IMG/VR virus record: IMGVR_UViG_3300044534_000090
DNA from: a virus
Reading direction: 5' to 3' (one strand)
DNA: 64,000 nt
Part shown: positions 28,326 through 38,162 of the stretch, one piece after another
Position numbering within the stretch: position 1 is the stretch's first letter
Layout: each line of letters starts with the position of its first letter
The notes under the pieces: model-generated
What the model was told of the DNA's origin: nothing
The model's input: only the letters and a program-made list of their open reading frames with translations
Database searches by the model: none
Position numbers and translations under genes: made by a program

Positions 28326-28789
28326 ACGTGAATCCCGCAGAGAAGTATGCAGCCCTGAAGCTGCTGGAGGCCGGCCTGAAGTCGGCGCTCGTGGAGGCCA
28401 AGGCCGACGTCGAGGCGTACGCGACCGCGACCGGCGCCGCGTCCCTGAAGACCGACTGGGGGAAGGTGTCGATCGCCGAGGAGAAGTTCAACCCGCAGGT
28501 GGCCGACTCCGGACGGTTCACGGAGTGGGTGAAGGAGAACGCGCCCGATGAGATCCAGGAGTCCGTGAATCCGGCGTACTCCAAGGCGTTCCTGTCCCAG
28601 TGCGACGTCGACGACGAGACCGGCGCCGTCTCCTACAAGCCGACCGGCGAAGTGCTGCCGTTCATGGGCCTGAGGGTGTCGGGCGGCTACGCGAGCGCCC
28701 GGCTCGCCAAGGACGTGAAGGGCAAGGCGGCCGAACTGGTCTACGACCGGATCGCCGACCTTCTCCCGAAGGAGCTGGGCCGTGGCTGA
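28322..28789 (+). CDS. Hypothetical recombination-module protein
   Basis: Coupled ORF after ERF. Confidence 0.6.
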   Translation: MNVNPAEKYAALKLLEAGLKSALVEAKADVEAYATATGAASLKTDWGKVSIAEEKFNPQVADSGRFTEWVKENAPDEIQESVNPAYSKAFLSQCDVDDETGAVSYKPTGEVLPFMGLRVSGGYASARLAKDVKGKAAELVYDRIADLLPKELGRG

Positions 28790-29138
28790 CGTGCTGAATC
28801 CGGTCGACGTCGAGGCTGCCATCCGAACCGTGTCGGAGCGGATCTCCAACTCGGTGAAGGTGTGCTCGCAGCGATACACGGCGTGGAAGCAGGCAGACCA
28901 GGTCTACGACAAGGCCTACGCGGTCGCCTACATGGCTCATCAGGGTCCGGCGCATGAGAAGAAGTACGCCGCCGAACTGGCCACCGAGGATGAGCGCACC
29001 GCCCGGGATTCGGCGGACGCCGCCTACCGGTACGCGGACCGGCAGTCGAAGGCCCTCCAGGACGAACTGCGCGCCTACCAGTCCATCGGGGCGAGCGTGC
29101 GCGGCATGTACCAGGTGGCGGGGAGGGGCGAGCAGTGA
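28782..29138 (+). CDS. Hypothetical coiled-coil protein
   Basis: Coupled ORF. Confidence 0.6.
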   Translation: MADVLNPVDVEAAIRTVSERISNSVKVCSQRYTAWKQADQVYDKAYAVAYMAHQGPAHEKKYAAELATEDERTARDSADAAYRYADRQSKALQDELRAYQSIGASVRGMYQVAGRGEQ

Positions 29139-29479
29139 CCCCCCAGCAGCGTCAGAACGTCATCGAACGTGACCAGCATCGGTGCCAGCGGTGCGGCCGA
29201 ACTCTCACGGGATTCCCGTACAGCATCCACCACCGCAAGGGCCGGCACTGTGCCGACCCGGACGGCATGGCGAACCTCATCTGCCTGTGCGGCACCGGAA
29301 CGACGGGATGCCACGGGTGGGTACATCAGCATCCGGCTGAGTCCTACGAGCGGGGCTTCATGGTTCACCGCAACCAGCTCGCCACCCCGGAGCAGGTGCC
29401 GATCCGAACCGCATACAACTCCATCCTCCTCACGCCTGACGGGAAAGTCCTCCAGGCGCCCACAGAAAGGACTATCTGA
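29135..29479 (+). CDS. HNH endonuclease
   Basis: ERDQHRCQRCG...HHRK...NLICLC...CHGWVH. Confidence 0.85.
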   Translation: MTPQQRQNVIERDQHRCQRCGRTLTGFPYSIHHRKGRHCADPDGMANLICLCGTGTTGCHGWVHQHPAESYERGFMVHRNQLATPEQVPIRTAYNSILLTPDGKVLQAPTERTI

Positions 29480-30027
29480 TGGCCAACGACACGAGCATCA
29501 CAGTGCAGGGGAATCTGACGGCAGACCCCGAGTTGCGCTTCACCCCGAACAGCAAGTCTGTCGCGAACTTCACGGTCGCCTCCACCCCGTCCAGGTTCGA
29601 CCGGCAGTCGCAGCAGTGGCAGGACGGAACGCCCATGTTCCTCAACTGCTCCGCCTGGGGCGACTTCGGCCAGAACGTGGCCGAGTCCCTGTCGAAGGGC
29701 GATCGGGTGATCGTGCAGGGTCTCCTGAGAGCCCGCAACTACACGGACCGGGACGGAAACAACCGGACCGCGTTCGAGATCGACGTGAAGGACGTCGGCC
29801 CGTCTCTCCGCCGCGCGGTGGCACGGCCTCAGAAGTCGGCCCCGCCGGCGCAGCAGAGCAATCAGCAGTGGCAGAACCAGCAGCCCCCGCAGTGGGCCAA
29901 CACCCCCCAGCAGCCCCAGAACCAGCAGGCCAACGTGCCACAGCAGCAGACTGTCCAGCCGCCACTACAGCAGAACGGCGGAGTGGACCCGTGGGCGCAG
30001 GCCACCTCGGAGGAGGCGCCGTTCTGA
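29479..30027 (+). CDS. ssb: Single-stranded DNA-binding protein
   Basis: GNLTADPELRFTP; Q-rich linker; C-terminal EEAPF. Confidence 0.95.
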   Translation: MANDTSITVQGNLTADPELRFTPNSKSVANFTVASTPSRFDRQSQQWQDGTPMFLNCSAWGDFGQNVAESLSKGDRVIVQGLLRARNYTDRDGNNRTAFEIDVKDVGPSLRRAVARPQKSAPPAQQSNQQWQNQQPPQWANTPQQPQNQQANVPQQQTVQPPLQQNGGVDPWAQATSEEAPF

Positions 30028-30479
30028 TGCTTGACGCACTCGACAGGGTCCTGGCGAAGAGGGCCCTTCAGCACACGGAGCGGCGGGGGGACTGTCTCGT
30101 CTCGTCTCGGATGCCGGGCAGCCGGAGGCCGGTGGTGTCGGTGAAACTCGACGGCCAGCAGAGGACGATCAGAGTCCAGCGCGCGGCATGGATGGCCTGG
30201 CATGACGAGGCCCCTGACGGCCGTGTCACCGCAACTTGCGGGAACGTCCACTGCGTGGCTCCTGGCCATCTGGTCCTCAGGTCGCTCATGTCGGATGACG
30301 AGCTTCGACATGAGGTGGCGTTCGTGCGTGCCGGCGGGCGGCCGTGGCATGAGATCGAGAAGGCCGTGGGACGCCCGCTGGGGACGATCGTCGACAAGCT
30401 CCGCGCCGGAGGCGCCCCCTACCACGATGTGGCAGCGGATGCCAGCCGTGAGGAGCGTATGCGGGAGAAGGCGGCATGA
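30027..30479 (+). CDS. Degenerate HNH-like Zn-binding domain plus HTH
   Basis: RAAWMAW...TCGNVHCVAPGHL; C-terminal WHEIEKAVG. Confidence 0.55.
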   Translation: MLDALDRVLAKRALQHTERRGDCLVSSRMPGSRRPVVSVKLDGQQRTIRVQRAAWMAWHDEAPDGRVTATCGNVHCVAPGHLVLRSLMSDDELRHEVAFVRAGGRPWHEIEKAVGRPLGTIVDKLRAGGAPYHDVAADASREERMREKAA

Positions 30480-30481
30480 CG

Positions 30482-31174
30482 TCACCCAGCCGTTATCGCG
30501 GCAATAGCGATGCTTCCCGTGATCGCCGTCTGTGCGAACGGACTGTTCATGACCTTGGTCACCTTTTCCAGCAGCATGCGCCACATCTTGTGCGCCTTGC
30601 CGCCGTCTTCTTCGCGGACCACAAGCAGCCGCTGCAACGCTCCAGCGAGCTGGTCCGCCCACCCTCGAACATCACCGCAGCCTCTCACGCGCACGTCGGA
30701 GATCGCCTGGTCAAGGTTGCCGAGAAGTGCCAGCAGATAGCCCTTCTCCTCCTCGGAGAGGTCGGCGCTCTCCATGACTAGGTCACGCAACTGGAAGTTG
30801 AAGTCCTGCAACTCGCGAAGCTCAGAGCTGGCGGCGACCATCAATTGTTCACCGTTGAGTGCGGAGGCTACGGCTCCCACGGCAGCGACCTCGGCGCCGT
30901 TCAGGTGGGTGTTACTAGATCCCAGGGCCTGCTCCATGGGCACCGACGTGGACAGGATCGCCCGGTGGACTCTATCGGCCACTGCCGACCATGACTTGGC
31001 GGTCAGGTCGTCCCGGCCCTCCAGGCGCTGCTCAAGATCCCGGGTCCATTCGACGGCTTCGACGTGCCGCGCCCACCAGTCATCCCCGCCCCTGGCATTG
31101 ATCACGCTGGCGCCCCTGGGCGTGACGGCCCATTTGCCAAGCCGGTCGGCCAGCCTCAACAGATTCGACTCCAT
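30482..31174 (-). CDS. Antisense moron, hypothetical protein with C-terminal hydrophobic tail
   Basis: 230-aa ORF against the early operon, occupying a gap with no plus-strand gene. Confidence 0.65.
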   Translation of the reverse strand: MESNLLRLADRLGKWAVTPRGASVINARGGDDWWARHVEAVEWTRDLEQRLEGRDDLTAKSWSAVADRVHRAILSTSVPMEQALGSSNTHLNGAEVAAVGAVASALNGEQLMVAASSELRELQDFNFQLRDLVMESADLSEEEKGYLLALLGNLDQAISDVRVRGCGDVRGWADQLAGALQRLLVVREEDGGKAHKMWRMLLEKVTKVMNSPFAQTAITGSIAIAAITAG

Positions 31175-31215
31175 GGCCGGATCATCTCACAAAACCTACC
31201 CCGGAAAGGATCACG

Positions 31216-31590
31216 ATGTCACGCACCAGAGCCAGCGCTAAGGCAGCTGGCCGGAGCTTCGAAACGCTGATGGCCACCTACTTCCATGACACGGTTGACG
31301 ACCGTATCGAGCGACGCCGCCAGGGCGGCTCGAAGGATCGCGGAGACATCTCCGGCTTGCGTCACATGGGCGGGCGGGCCGTCGTCGAGTGCAAGGACCG
31401 TGCCCGGCTTGATCTGGCCGGGTGGGCCGCCGAGGCCGAGACGGAACGCGGCAATGACGACGCCCTTGTCGGGGTGATCGCCCACAAGCGTCACGGAAAC
31501 GCCAACCCGGCCGACCAGTGGATCACCATGACGGCCGGCAACTTCGTAGCGCTACTCAATGGCAACAGAGACCACATGGAGGAGAAATGA
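31216..31590 (+). CDS. Holliday junction resolvase (PD-(D/E)xK)
   Basis: KAAGRSFE, DRGDI, VVECKD. Confidence 0.8.
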   Translation: MSRTRASAKAAGRSFETLMATYFHDTVDDRIERRRQGGSKDRGDISGLRHMGGRAVVECKDRARLDLAGWAAEAETERGNDDALVGVIAHKRHGNANPADQWITMTAGNFVALLNGNRDHMEEK

Positions 31591-31937
31591 AACTCGCATC
31601 GAAACTTCCCGACGGGGAGAGGAACGGCCTGTACGGCATGGAGAAGGCACTCCTCCAGAATCCGAGCGGGCAGCAGGTTGTCGTCATGGTCGTCGACTGC
31701 AAGTCGGTTACCACGGACATGGACACCGAGGAGCAGCAGGCCACGGCCCGGATCAAGCGGGCCGAGTGGATCACCGACGATCTGGAGACGGCACAGCGGC
31801 TGTTCGAGAACGCTGTGGCGAAGCGCACCGGCCAGACGGTGTTGCCGATCGAGCAGGCCAACGAGATTGACCGCGTGTTCGCCAACATCATCGACCCGAA
31901 CACGGGCGAGATCCTGGGCGGTGCCGACGATGAGTGA
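31587..31937 (+). CDS. Hypothetical protein
   Basis: RBS and ATGA coupling. Confidence 0.6.
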   Translation: MKLASKLPDGERNGLYGMEKALLQNPSGQQVVVMVVDCKSVTTDMDTEEQQATARIKRAEWITDDLETAQRLFENAVAKRTGQTVLPIEQANEIDRVFANIIDPNTGEILGGADDE

Positions 31938-34007
31938 CCGCGACGACCTGGCCGAGATTTGCGCCGACTCATTCAGCGGAGCAGACCGCGCATACGGGGA
32001 GCACTACAAGCTGGTCGACAAGATCATCGCCGCCGGATTCCACCGCGACCGCACCATCACCACCGCCGAGGAATTGGACGCGCTGGGCGACGGCGCCGTG
32101 ATCCATGCGGTCCATACCGGCGATGTCTGGCAGAAATGCGACTGCGGAGAATGGGTGCCCATCGGCGTCGACGACTCAGAAGACGCCGAATGGATCAATG
32201 AGACAAGTGGCCCCTTCACCGTCCTGCACGAGGGGGCGCGTGATGAGTGACGACAAGCTGGACGAGCGTATCTATCAGGCCGCATTCGACCGCCATGTCA
32301 TCATCGACCGCACAGGCTGCAAGGCCCTTGCTGCCGCTGCCCGCGCATTCATCGCGGACGAGATCCACTGGGAGGCCGACATTCGGGCCCGCCGATGCAT
32401 GGATGACGGACAGCCGGAGGGAACCGAGGTCCACATGCTCAGGATCGCCGAACAGATCGCACGAGGAGAGACGAAATGAACGACGACGTGGAATACGAAC
32501 TCACCTTCACCATCAACTTTCGGCGCGACGGCGACACAGTGCAGGAGATCGGCTTCGGGGGAATCCTCGGCGACAGCCTCGAATACCTGGCCCACGTGCT
32601 CGGCACGATCATCCAGACCCACGCGTGGGAGACCGAACAGCAGCACCCCGACCCGGAGGACGTGCCCGAGAGGGCCATCGACTACATGCCGATTGGAGAC
32701 GCGAAATGAACCACCAGAAAAATGCCGAGAGCTTCCTGGATGACGCCGAATGTTCATTCGGCGAGGGGAGCATGGGTGCTGGCAATCAATACGTCGCCCT
32801 CGCCCAGACGCACGCGATCCTGGCCGTCGCCGAGCAGCTGAGGATCGGAAACCTCATAGCGCTCACCAATTCCGGATCGAATCCGACCGATGACTCGGCG
32901 GAGTGGGGACAGGATGATGAAGTGAGGAAGCGCGCATACAACGGGCTGATCGACTTCATGGAGAACGGCCACCTCACTACCTATCCGGTGCTCAACCCGG
33001 AGGTCGCCGAGGCGCTGGGAATCGAGCAGCCATGAGCAAGCACAGCATGGTGGCGGTCATCATCTTGAAGCAGTGCATCGGTCACACGTGGCGGCGCGAA
33101 CGGGATGGCGGCCTCCGCTGTCAGGGTTGCGGCGAGGTCATGTGGCCCGCCGAGGCCATCTGGCATCAGCCCGAGCACGCCGCCTACGAGGTCCGCCAGT
33201 GGCTCGCCGACCAGGTGGATGACCTGCACCTCACCGGATCCGACGGGGAACGCATATCAATGCGCGACGTGGAGGTCTGGAACCAGGCCATCACCGCCGC
33301 AGCCAACACCATCAGAAACGGGGCCACGAAATGAATCCCGACGTCACCGAATTCGCCGCACTCATCGACACCCTGGCCAACGGCGACACCGCCAACGAGG
33401 CCACCCATCTCCTCCACCAGATCATCAAAGCCTGCCGCGACACCGGGAACACGGGAACCATCTCCCTCACCCTGACCATCACCCCGAGATTCGGCGACGG
33501 GCCCGACCTAGAGATCACCGACAAACTCAACTACCGGACGCCCCAGCGGAATCGCCTCTCCACCTACACCTGGGTGGACAAGAAGGGTCACTGGTCGCGG
33601 ACTGATCCGAATCAGGATGCCCTCCCGAACATCACCGACATCACCGTCAGGGGTGACCGCCGATGACACGCGACCTCGCCTCCGTCCTCCTGGCGATCGT
33701 CTGCCTCCTGATCTGGCTGTGGTTCCTCGGCAGCCTCACCATCAAGGCCCTCGAATGGTGGAGCTCACGGAACCGGCGCACCCCGGCTTGGCTCAACCTC
33801 GGCATCCTCATCCACCAGATCGGCGGGCTCACCGGACGGGACGCGATCCGCGGCGACGTGTGGAGGGCCGGCTGCGTCATCGCCGGAATCGACCACGCCG
33901 ACGGCGACGGCGGCCGCGACGTCGCCCTGATCATCCTCCCCGCCGACTGCCACCTCACCGAAGGCCAGCACGCCTCCATCGTCTGGGAGGAGGCTGACCA
34001 TGCCTGA
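31930..34007 (+). CDS. Run of coupled small early ORFs (31930-32250, 32243-32479, 32476-32709, 32706-33035, 33032-33334, 33331-33666, 33663-34007)
   Basis: Overlapping start/stop codons with GGAG RBSs; functions unknown. Confidence 0.55.
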
Positions 34008-34368
34008 GCGGATCCAGCGACGGCGCTACAGCGGCTGGCGTGCCCCGCTTGACGCCGTCTACGTCGGTCGGGGAAGCCGCTGGGGAAACCCCATCGTGGT
34101 CTCCGGCTCCGGCCAGTCCTGGCGCGTCGGCCTCGGGGCCGTCGAAATGGGCACCTTCCCCACCCGACAGGACGCCAACCGGCATGCCGTCGCGGCATTC
34201 AGGTGGCAGCTCGACCACCACCCGAACGTCCTCGGCTTCACCGCCGTCGACATCCGCGACCAGCTGGCCGGTCGTGACCTCATGTGCTGGTGCGACCTGG
34301 CCCTGCCATGCCATGCGGACGTGCTCATCGACATCGCCAACGGAGGAGATCTCCATGCCCACCACTGA
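34000..34368 (+). CDS. DUF4326-like protein
   Basis: VYVGRGSRWGNP...LAGRDLMCWC...PCHADVL. Confidence 0.8.
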   Translation: MPERIQRRRYSGWRAPLDAVYVGRGSRWGNPIVVSGSGQSWRVGLGAVEMGTFPTRQDANRHAVAAFRWQLDHHPNVLGFTAVDIRDQLAGRDLMCWCDLALPCHADVLIDIANGGDLHAHH

Positions 34369-34996
34369 CGAGTTCCTCCGGCAGTACAAGGCCGCATTCA
34401 ACGAACTCTGGGACCGCATCCTCGCCGTCCAGGCCCTGCACGTCCCCGTCCTCGACCACACGTCGCGATCCCAGGGGCCGTGGTGTCTCGAATGCACCCG
34501 CGACCGGCGCCACCCCGTCCCCTGGCCCTGCGACACCACCAGAGCCGCCGAGGGGGACGACGACCAGTGAACGCCGCCAGACCAAGAACCAGGGGACGCC
34601 CACCCACCACCGCCAAGCTGATGGAGGAGCTCGAGTGGCAACTCGACTGCCACGAAGGCCGAGGCGCCATCCTCACCACCCTCGGCCTCGGCACCGAGAA
34701 ATCACTCAAGAACGCCTGCCAAAGATCCGGACGCATGGACCTGTGGCACCGCTTCAACGGATCAGGAGGCACCCGAGATGAATGAGCACATGGAGAAGAT
34801 CGCGCGAGGATTCACAGCAGCGCACGAGATCGAGCAGTTCATCGCAGACGAGCGAGTCCACACCGCGGAGACCACAGCCGGCGGTCACAACCTCGACTGC
34901 TTCGAGAACGAGTACCTCAGCTCCCTCAACTACATCGAAGAGCGCGCCAAGGAGATCATGACCCAGCTCCTGGACTATCTCGCGGACAGGAGCTGA
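34355..34996 (+). CDS. Three small early ORFs (34355-34570, 34567-34785, 34778-34996)
   Basis: Coupled ORFs; the first has CxxC...WPC. Confidence 0.5.
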
Positions 34997-35002
34997 CAAC
35001 CG

Positions 35003-35902
35003 ATGTGGTTCAAGGTTGACGACCAGTCATACGGCCACCCGAAGTTCCTCAGATGCTCCACTCAGGCGATCGGAGTGTGGATGCTCGCCGGGGCCTGGTC
35101 ATCCTCTCAGCTGACGGACGGGTTCATCCCAGAAGGCGCCCTCGGCGTCATCCGCGCGACTGGTGACGACATGGATGAACTCACCTCTGTCGGCTTGCTC
35201 GCCAGAGTGAAGGGCGGATGGAAGATGCACGATTTCAGCGACTACAACCCGACCTCCACGAAAGTGAAAGAGGAGCGGGAGAAGAGCGCTGAGCGCAAGC
35301 GATTGTGGCGGGAGAAGAAGGCCGCTGAACGCGCCGAAAACACGAAGAATGTCACGCCGTCCGTCACGGATGTGTCACAGCGGGACAACACCGTCAGTCA
35401 CGCCGTCCGTCACGGACCTGTCCCACCCACCCCGACCCGACCCGACCCGACCCGTCCCCGACCCCCATCCCCTATCGGGGATGAGGAGGGTGTGGGAGGG
35501 GATCCGCACACCGAACTCGCCCTCGTCACCGATCACACAGCCGTCGCCAAGGCGCCGGCCAACACGAAGACGAAGCGAGGTACACGCCTGCCAGACGGCT
35601 GGTTCCCCGACCGCACCGACGCCGCCCTCAAACTCGAGAACACCCACGACCGCCAATGGCTCGCCCGTGAACTCGACCGATTCCGCGACTACTGGCAGGC
35701 CAAGACCGGCAAGGACGCGACCAAGCTCGACTGGACCAAGACCTGGTGCAACTGGCTCCGCAACGCCGAAGACCACCAGACCCGCAACCGCCCCACCGGC
35801 CCCGACTGGAACCGGTGGGCCGCCGAAGCCCGAGCCGAAGACGAAGCCGAAAGGAGACAGACATGGACCGCGAACACGCCGTCGCAGTCCTCCGCAAGGT
35901 GA
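35003..35902 (+). CDS. Replication initiator (O/RepA-like)
   Basis: MWFKVDD...HPKF, DGFIP, HDFSDYNP; PTRPDPTRP linker; C-terminal FRDYW...KLDWTKTW.NW. Confidence 0.8.
   Translation: MWFKVDDQSYGHPKFLRCSTQAIGVWMLAGAWSSSQLTDGFIPEGALGVIRATGDDMDELTSVGLLARVKGGWKMHDFSDYNPTSTKVKEEREKSAERKRLWREKKAAERAENTKNVTPSVTDVSQRDNTVSHAVRHGPVPPTPTRPDPTRPRPPSPIGDEEGVGGDPHTELALVTDHTAVAKAPANTKTKRGTRLPDGWFPDRTDAALKLENTHDRQWLARELDRFRDYWQAKTGKDATKLDWTKTWCNWLRNAEDHQTRNRPTGPDWNRWAAEARAEDEAERRQTWTANTPSQSSAR
35351..35416 (+). repeat. Iteron-like direct repeat (probable origin) inside the initiator gene
   Basis: GTCACGCCGTCCGTCACGGA exactly repeated at 35351-35370 and 35397-35416. Confidence 0.6.
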
Positions 35903-36276
35903 TCGCCTACTGCCCCGCCCAGAAGCTGAACGACGACTCACGCAACGCATGGGCCGAAGCCCTGACGAATGTGACGTTCCAGGACGCGCTCGACGCCGTC
36001 GCCATCCTCGGAGGACGACCCCTCGAACCCGGCGATCAGCTCTGGATCCAGCCCGGCCACGTGATCTCCGAAGTACGCCGCCTCCGCCACGCCCGCATCG
36101 AATCCACCGAAGCCGCCCTCACCGGAGCACCCACCGACCCGGCCGAATACCTCACCTGGCTCCGCAGATCCAGGAGCGAACTCGGAGACGGCGACTACCA
36201 GCCACCAGACATCCAGATCACCGGACACACCATCGCAGAACTCCCCACCCCAGGAAGGACCACCAACCATGACTGA
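35863..36276 (+). CDS. Helicase loader/inhibitor-like protein
   Basis: Follows initiator; AWAEAL....FQDALDAV...IQPGHV. Confidence 0.55.
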   Translation: MDREHAVAVLRKVIAYCPAQKLNDDSRNAWAEALTNVTFQDALDAVAILGGRPLEPGDQLWIQPGHVISEVRRLRHARIESTEAALTGAPTDPAEYLTWLRRSRSELGDGDYQPPDIQITGHTIAELPTPGRTTNHD

Positions 36277-37238
36277 CACCGACACCGACCTCATCGAATC
36301 CCTGATCTCGCGCCTCGACACCGAGTTCGCCAGCGAGGATCCCGCCACACTCCGCACCGCCGCCCGACACCTCCGGCCCACCGATCCTGACCTCGCGAGG
36401 ATCGCCGACGAGCTCGCCGACCTGGCCCTCGACATCGACTGCCGCACGGGTGGCTCAACCCTCGACCCTCGACCCAATCAGGTCTCGATGATGGACCAGG
36501 TCACCATCGTCACCGACGGCGGCACCTCGTCCGGCCAGATCCGCCAGATCTGGATCGGAGGCGTCGACATCACCGCCATCATTCGCAGCATCAGCCTCAC
36601 CGGCACCGCACCTGACTCCACCCTGCGCATGCACGCCGAGGTGGGGTCCCTCGGCCCCATCCTGTTCGCCGCCACCGAGGAGGTCCTGGCATGAGACGCC
36701 GCACCAGCCGACCCGCCGCCACTCCGATCGTCTCGACCGGCCCCAACCTCGCCTGCGAGATCCACGACGACGACACCACCGTCCACCTGCGCCGCGAGGG
36801 CGACCGGGTCACCCTGCACACCGGATTCGGGATCGGCGCCATCACCATCAGCCGCGCAGCCGCCCAGGTCCTGGCCGGCCAGCTCACCGCCATCGCCCAG
36901 GAGCAGACCCGATGATCACCATCGACATGGAGATGCACGACCGCCTCGACCTGCTCGGCGTCTCCCTGCGCGACATCCACCCCCCGGTGGTGAAGACCCC
37001 CACCCCCAGTTCAGCGACCCCCCGCCCGCCACGCCTGCCCCCCGCCCCACCGGACGCCACCCTCACCGTCCTGGCCCGCACCCACGTCCCAGCTCCGCCA
37101 GGACCATGGACGCTCACCGCCCAGCAACGCCAGCACATCCTCGACACATTCCGAGACCTCGACGCCGTCGCATGGCTGCCCACCGGCGGCTACCGGCGAG
37201 GAGGACGTCTCAGGCGGCCGAGGAGGCGCACACGATGA
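36269..37238 (+). CDS. Three late-early ORFs (36269-36694, 36691-36915, 36912-37238)
   Basis: Coupled ORFs; unknown function. Confidence 0.5.
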
Positions 37239-37534
37239 CCGGAGCCAACAGCCTCACCCCACGCGGCTCCACCAACGCCTGGCGCAAGTTGCGAATGCAG
37301 TGGCAGCCACTCGTCGAAGCCGGCGCCATCCAATGCTGGCGCTGCCAAGGCCAACGCGGACCACTCGACCCCAACCACTGGCACCTCGGCCACGTCCGCG
37401 ACCGCAACCACGGCGGCAGCGACGCCGAGACCAGACCCGAACACCCGAGCTGCAACCTCGAGCACGCCAACGACGCCAAGACACCAGACAGGCCCACACC
37501 ATCCCGCAACTGGTTCCCCGAAGGACTCCAATGA
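37235..37534 (+). CDS. Terminal HNH endonuclease (packaging-associated)
   Basis: CWRC...WHLGHV...PEHPSCN; sits at the genome-end position. Confidence 0.85.
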   Translation: MTGANSLTPRGSTNAWRKLRMQWQPLVEAGAIQCWRCQGQRGPLDPNHWHLGHVRDRNHGGSDAETRPEHPSCNLEHANDAKTPDRPTPSRNWFPEGLQ

Positions 37535-37829
37535 CCGAAACCATGCACCAGACCCACAAAACGGCACCCAGGACGCGACGAGATAGGAAGGGGGCACAGT
37601 TCCTCGGGTCCGCACCTGAAATGCCGTCAGATCGCCACCAGCGAGCAACCGGATGGCAACGGCAGGCGCGAGCCGGACTCCGAGTCGCGACCGACCCGCG
37701 AAGCTGTGCCGAACCTGTGAACCAGCCGAGCGCCCCGGTTTTTTTTGAGGACCACCCGGGTCAGACACCGCCGATGGCCCCCCGGCCGCTTTCTTTCTCG
37801 AATCCGTCTTCTCGGGGAGGTGCTGACCG

Positions 37830-38162
37830 ATGACTAGGGCGAGGAGCTGGGGCAACGGCGCCGGCCGGTTCGGGAAGGCGGCCCGCGCGATCGCGAAGGA
37901 GGTCGGCTCCAGCAACCCGGAGACGCTGCTCCTGGCCGAGATGCTGAAGGACTCGGCCGATCTGGCGGACTCCTGTCGCAACCAGCAGGACCGGCCGGGA
38001 TACATCTCGGCGACGACTCGGATGCTGATGCTGTTGAAGGCGATCAAGGGAGGTGCAATCGATGGACTCGCAGACGATGACGCGGCTTCCGATGGTGGGG
38101 CCGGTCGAGTGGCCGAGCTCCTGGGGGCCGGCCCCGAGGTGGGCGACTCGCAGGCGTCCTGA
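37830..38162 (+). CDS. Terminase small subunit, phage Y
   Basis: 110 aa helical protein directly before terL. Confidence 0.65.
   Translation: MTRARSWGNGAGRFGKAARAIAKEVGSSNPETLLLAEMLKDSADLADSCRNQQDRPGYISATTRMLMLLKAIKGGAIDGLADDDAASDGGAGRVAELLGAGPEVGDSQAS

Noticed and set aside
35431-35454. (CCCGA)n, minus GGTCG, as a GGY/NN guide array for the RAMP protein
   Set aside because: NN is invariant, the tract is short, and it lies in-frame in the initiator gene (PTRPD linker) of the other phage.
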